Positions 59,400 through 64,000 of a stretch of 64,000 nucleotides of DNA are shown here, one piece after another. The DNA comes from Lingula anatina (Eukaryota > Animalia > Brachiopoda): the NCBI GenBank assembly GCA_051362555.1, contig JBPQGU010000016.1:5952001-6016000 (forward strand). The letters run 5' to 3'. The notes under the pieces were generated by a model. The model saw nothing but the letters and a program-made list of their open reading frames with translations, had not been told where the DNA came from and did no database searches. The position numbers and the translations under genes were made by a program. The stretch's first letter is position 1. The number at the start of each line of letters is the position of its first letter.

Positions 59400-60805
59400 C
59401 CAGAACGAGGCTCGATTTTAGGACTAGGGTAAAACATTGGCTTGCGCTCATTACTCTCAATGTTAAATTGGCAAACTTTGATCGTTCATATCAAACAGAC
59501 CAGAGGACAATTTCTTGTGACAACCACTTGGTCATATTCACTTGGGTTTTTAGCATCAGTCAATGGGCCCCAGGAGGATTTTCTAGAGCTGATGGTGATT
59601 TTATCAGCGATAATACCAACACTCATCCGACGGGCTGCAATTTCAGTTTACATCAGATACATGTTGTAATGCCCTGGCAACAAAATACTGGTTTCACCTC
59701 AATAAGCTTAACTTTATGGATAAAGAAGCCCTGGCCACCTTAGCCCTTGACACAGATAGATTTGAAAGTAAAGGTGGTGCCTGCTCCCTTGGCATAAAAC
59801 AAATACTCCAACTTAGTGGTGAAGTCGAGTGTTGGGATAGACCATTAGCCAAACTGAATAATGTCTCAACAAAAAACACCCGGGTCTCTCTCGAGAAAGT
59901 GTATGACCTTCAATGGGGGGAGGCAATTAAGGAAAGTAGCAAACTGAGAACATATACAAAATTCAAGAAGGATTTTAAGACCGAAAATTATGTGCTGACC
60001 TTTGACAAAGCGCGGAGGGCTATGTTCTGTAAACTAAGGCTCTGTTCTCACAACTTTTAGATCGATCTATCACCGCGGGGAGTCTCACTAGATTACTGTC
60101 AGATAATCCGCCTTAAGTGTCCGTCCCCGCCTACTACAAGCTGTAAGGGGTAATTAACTTTCGTGTCCGTCCGGCTGACAGCTATTTAGCGTGAACCCCC
60201 AGGGAGTTAGGTCGATCCAATGTAGGTCGATCTAATCTATGAGAATGGGGTGTAAGAATCAGCGCTCACTCACTCCATATCGAGAAGGGGAGGTACAGTA
60301 AACCCCCAACCCCGCCCCATCTAAGATTATGTCAAATCTGTAATTCCGGAGAGGTTGAAGATGAAGTGCATTTTATTCTGAAATGTGAGGCCTATAAGGA
60401 ATTACGGGCAACTTTCTTCGAAAATATGTTTCCTCTGTAATACGAATGCCGTCTCTCCCCCGGATACGTTTATACGCATCATGAGTACAAAAGAAATGGA
60501 TGTGATTACGCCCCTCCTCATATTTGAACAGAAATGCATGGAGAAGAGAAACCAGATCATGATACCAGTGTGAGACCCGTTATGCACTGTCATCAGAGAC
60601 TGGACGTGTAGATCAAACCTGGTAAATTGATTATGAAATGCGACATATGTATCCATTTGTACAGTCATTGATATCAACAATATGCTAATCTATATATATA
60701 TTTATTTATCTGTTTATTTGTCTGTTCTATGTTATAGTTTCTAGTATTGTTATTGATTGTACCTTTATGTGAAGGTGTTTGTCAATAAAGAATCTGAACG
60801 AATCT
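59400..60805 (+). mobile_element. 5'-truncated non-LTR retrotransposon (RTE-X-like 3' end)
   Basis: KLRTYTKFKKDFKTENY..FCKL[MITE]RISAHSLHIEKGRY..RLCQICNSGEVEDEVHFILKC (CCHC-type motif), then 3' UTR, AATAAA and GAATCT repeats. The clade call and left boundary are tentative. Confidence 0.75.
60038..60252 (+). mobile_element. PIF/Harbinger-like MITE family H, copy 3
   Basis: TSD TAA; removing it restores the LINE codons AAA CTA AGA ATC. Confidence 0.9.
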
Positions 60806-60891
60806 GTAATAGGCATATTTTATTGGCTGTATTGAGTATATCCGTGAACAAATACACGTGACAACTGTTTGTTGGTATTCACTTATGTATT

Positions 60892-61880
60892 TAATAATAA
60901 TAATAATAAAACACTTCTTTAAAACCGCGCTACACATGCGTCTCAGCGCTGTTTACATAAAAAATAAAAACTCCACAGATAAATTAAAGCCAGTATAGAC
61001 TAAAAACAGAAAACTTAAAAATTTTAAAAACTAAAAAGATGCTATAAATTAAAGTATTCTTTAAATAAAAAGTTTTTAAATTCTTCTTAAAACAGTAATA
61101 TGAGTCATCCAGAGACACATTAGATCTTGTGATAAAATTAGACCATAAAATCGGTGCACAAATCTTGAAACTTCTGTGTCCATATGTTTTAAGAGTCTTT
61201 TTGGTGTCTTTTCGCTTAAGTTGAAGTTGTCCACTAGATCGAAGTGATCTGATAGGAGTTAAAAGTTCTATGGTAGAATTTAAGTAAAATGGACAGTCGC
61301 CCTTTAAAATCTTAAAAGTCAAAAGTAATATTTTAAAAACTATTCGTTGAGACACGGGTAGCCAGTGGAGGTTTCGCAGTATTGGTGTGATGTGGTCGGA
61401 CTTCTGAGCTTTACAGAGGAGACGAGCAGCAGAGTTCTGAATTGATTGTAGCTTAGCTTGATAGTTAGGTATTCCAAACAATAGGCTATTGCAATAATCC
61501 AGTCTAGAGGTTACAAATGCATGGATGAGTAATTCAGTTTGCTTGGTGTTAATAAGGCGAAAGATCTTGGATATCCGTTGGAGACTAAAATATGCTGTTT
61601 TACATACTTTGTTAATGTGTGATGTCATTTCACATTTGTTATTAAAAATAACACCCAAGTTCCTTACTTCTGTTGTTGGTTTTATAAAAGAATCCCCAAC
61701 TCTAATACTATCAAGTGCAGTATTGTCTTTGGAAAACTTAGAGTTGAAATGGACTAATTCAGTTTTTTCATCATTAAAAACTAAGTAGTTGGACTTGAGC
61801 CAAGATCTAAGTTCATTCACACAAGCCTCAATAGTTGCTTTTTCATCACAAGGATTTTCACATATAACATAACAGATATT
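60892..61880 (-). mobile_element. 5'-truncated L2-clade LINE (end of RT and 3' tail)
   Basis: ORF 60984-61937: WLKSNYLVFNDEKTE, VRNLGVIF, LIHAFVTSRLDYCNSLL, LHWLPVSQRIVFKILLL; 3' stem GCGCTGAGACGC..TAGCGC and (TTA)n tail. Confidence 0.9.
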
Positions 61881-62903
61881 TAGCTCAGGGAAATGGCCAT
61901 CAAAGGGATTTTCTACTGTCAGTGGCGAATTTATCAACGATGGTGGTGTACTATTTTTAGAGCAATTTTTCCTACTGGAGTACTATGACCAATACGTACC
62001 AGTTCATTAGTATACAGTCAGAATTATTGTATAATAAAATCATTATCTAAACAAAGAAAACCATTATATTCATATTGCTTTTAGAGGTCTCAATTTAAAA
62101 GATTTGATAAGCTAGGAAAGGGGGTTGGGTAGCATTGCTCACCTGTCGTGTTCAAAGCAGGTGTCTCAAGTAATGCAATTAATGTGCTTTCAAAAAGAAT
62201 TTTAATTTGTCACTGCTGTGTTTTTCATTAAAATTTCTTTTTCTACTGTTGTCTGGATTATGTTTGAAGAGACTATGAAATACTTTTTCAGTTTTTATAA
62301 TATCTGCAAAAACATTAAAAAAAAATTAATTAGAGGCCTGCCAAAATTATTTTTCATAAATAAATTTATTCATCCATAATTATCCAATTAATCAAAAAGT
62401 TTTAACCAAGGTCACTCAGCTATAACGCTACCGGAAAGGGGGGGGGGGGGGGGGGATAATCACCGGTAGCTTACAAGTTTTTATCCTTAGTTTTCATAAT
62501 TGGAAATAATTTGAAAAACAGCAATAATGCTCTTTAAATATTCTATTTTTCTTTATTTTTGAATGGAAGCCTCACTTAAATCTTTAGAAGTTGTCAAAAT
62601 CTACAAATCATTTATGACTCTGATGCTAAATAAAGTTCATAGTGTCTTTTTTCAGAAAATAATATAAATTTATAAGGTAGTGATTTCATTTTCATTTTAA
62701 GAACATAAAACTCAATATCACAATACAAAGTATGATCTATAAAAATCCGAATTGAATGCATATTTAACCATCATAAATCACTTTGAATTCTTAAACAAAA
62801 TGCAAAATGAAAGATACAATAAAACTTGTTGACTTTAAATTTACATTTTATTTAGTAGGTCAGGAAAAATAATTCTCAAAGCACGACTTTGGACAGTCTC
62901 TAA

Positions 62904-63113
62904 GACCCCATTCCCAGATATTAGATCGATCCAACTAGATTGACCTAGCTCCCTGGGGGTTCACGCTAAATAGCTGTCAGCCGAGCGGGCTCAAAAGTTA
63001 ATTTCCCCCTTACAGCTCGAAGTAGGCAGGACGGACATTTAAGAAGGATTATCTGACAGTAATCTAGTGAGACTCCCCACGGGGATAGATCTAAAATCTA
63101 TGGGAATGCGCCC
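62904..63113 (-). mobile_element. PIF/Harbinger-like MITE family H, copy 4 (reverse)
   Basis: TSD TAA on both sides; reverse complement of the family body. Confidence 0.85.
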
Positions 63114-63116
63114 TAA

Positions 63117-63254
63117 GAGTTTGCATTGCTCTATAGTTAGTCCTGGATGCCACACAGGGCAGGCATATTCTAGAATTGAGCGCACAATACTTTGGTAAAC
63201 TTGAATTAAGTCAGCAGGGCTGAGTTTTGCTCGCTTCAGTTGACGGAGAAAATA
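63117..63254 (-). mobile_element. CR1/L2-group LINE reverse transcriptase fragment
   Basis: YFLRQLKRAKLSPADLIQVYQSIVRSILEYACPVWHPGLT is the typical post-RT motif of this group. Confidence 0.8.
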
Positions 63255-63419
63255 GACCCCATTCCCATAAATTTTAGATCGATCTATCCCTGTGGGGAGT
63301 CTCACTAGATTACTGTCAGCTTAGCCTGCTAAAGCGTCTGTCCCGCCTTCTTAATGCTGTAAAGGGGTAATTAACTGTGGTGCGCACTCGGCTGATTGCA
63401 ATTTAGCGTGAACCCCCCC
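63255..63419 (+). mobile_element. PIF/Harbinger-like MITE family H, copy 5 (3' truncated)
   Basis: GACCCCATTCCCATAAATTTTAGATCGATC...TTTAGCGTGAACCCC, then abrupt join to family B. Confidence 0.8.
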
Positions 63420-64000
63420 GTCGCTGTCGCCGTCGTCGCCGTGCACTTTTACCGATAACACGATAAGTGGAAAACTGTTTTTTCTTTTGGCTTGAATTTT
63501 ACAGAACTGATGAATATTCATAATACGCAGGTCAAGTTCGAAAATCGGCGTGATTGGGTCATTTTTAGTGAATTTAGGCTATTTTTTCTCTTTTTTTTTC
63601 AGCATATATGCAGCACCGATAACACCATAAATGGAAAACCATTTTAAAAAATTTTGAAAAACCGTTTCACCTTTTGGCTTGAAACTTACAGAACTGATGA
63701 ATATTCATAATACGCAGGTAAAGTTCGAAAATCAGCATGATCGGGCCATTTTTAGGGAAGTTATGCTGTTTTTTTCACTTCTTTCAACATATATGCAACG
63801 CTAATAACGCAATATAAGAAAAACAGATAGGCCAATTGTCATTATACTCACAGGAGTAGTCAAAGTAACTAAAATGCAGGTTGAGTTTGAAAATCAGCAT
63901 AATCGGGCCATTATTTTAGAAGTTATGCTGTTTTTTCACATTTCCTCAGATTCAATTGTTAGGCATGTTAACAGTCTCATTATTGAACTAATAAGATACA
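63420..64000 (+). mobile_element. Helentron-like family B copy running off the window
   Basis: (GTC)n-GCCGTGCACTTTTACCGATAAC.. and CAGGTCAAGTTCGAAAATC repeats. Confidence 0.75.

Overview
AT-rich, intron-rich animal genomic DNA; the repeat types suggest a lophotrochozoan, probably a mollusc (inference). Genes reconstructed by hand from GT-AG exons: (1) the 3' 21 exons of a CatSper-epsilon (CATSPERE-like) gene, + strand, 126-10258; (2) a two-exon CXorf65/C22orf15-like gene, +, 12147-13430; (3) a complete 11-exon PSMC1/Rpt2 proteasome ATPase gene, - strand, 15571-25718, 441 aa; (4) head-to-head with PSMC1, a putative chimeric gene on +, 26198-56242. Its first three exons are an inverted genomic duplicate of PSMC1 exons 1, 6 and 7. 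They splice in frame, with no stop, to exons for a signal peptide, an atypical V-type Ig domain, a duplicated N-glycosylated stalk, a TM helix and a short tail (327 aa predicted). This is the main candidate for something undescribed, but it has no transcript support here. The rest is dense with mobile DNA: a Kolobok-type transposon whose transposase is split by a nested TTAA element, two more TTAA elements, Helentron-like non-autonomous elements carrying 146-bp and 159-bp satellites, PIF/Harbinger-like MITEs, hAT- and Tc1-like elements, a tRNA-containing 132-bp solo LTR, a tRNA-derived SINE and LINE fragments. All coordinates were read by eye and repeat boundaries may be off by a few bases.
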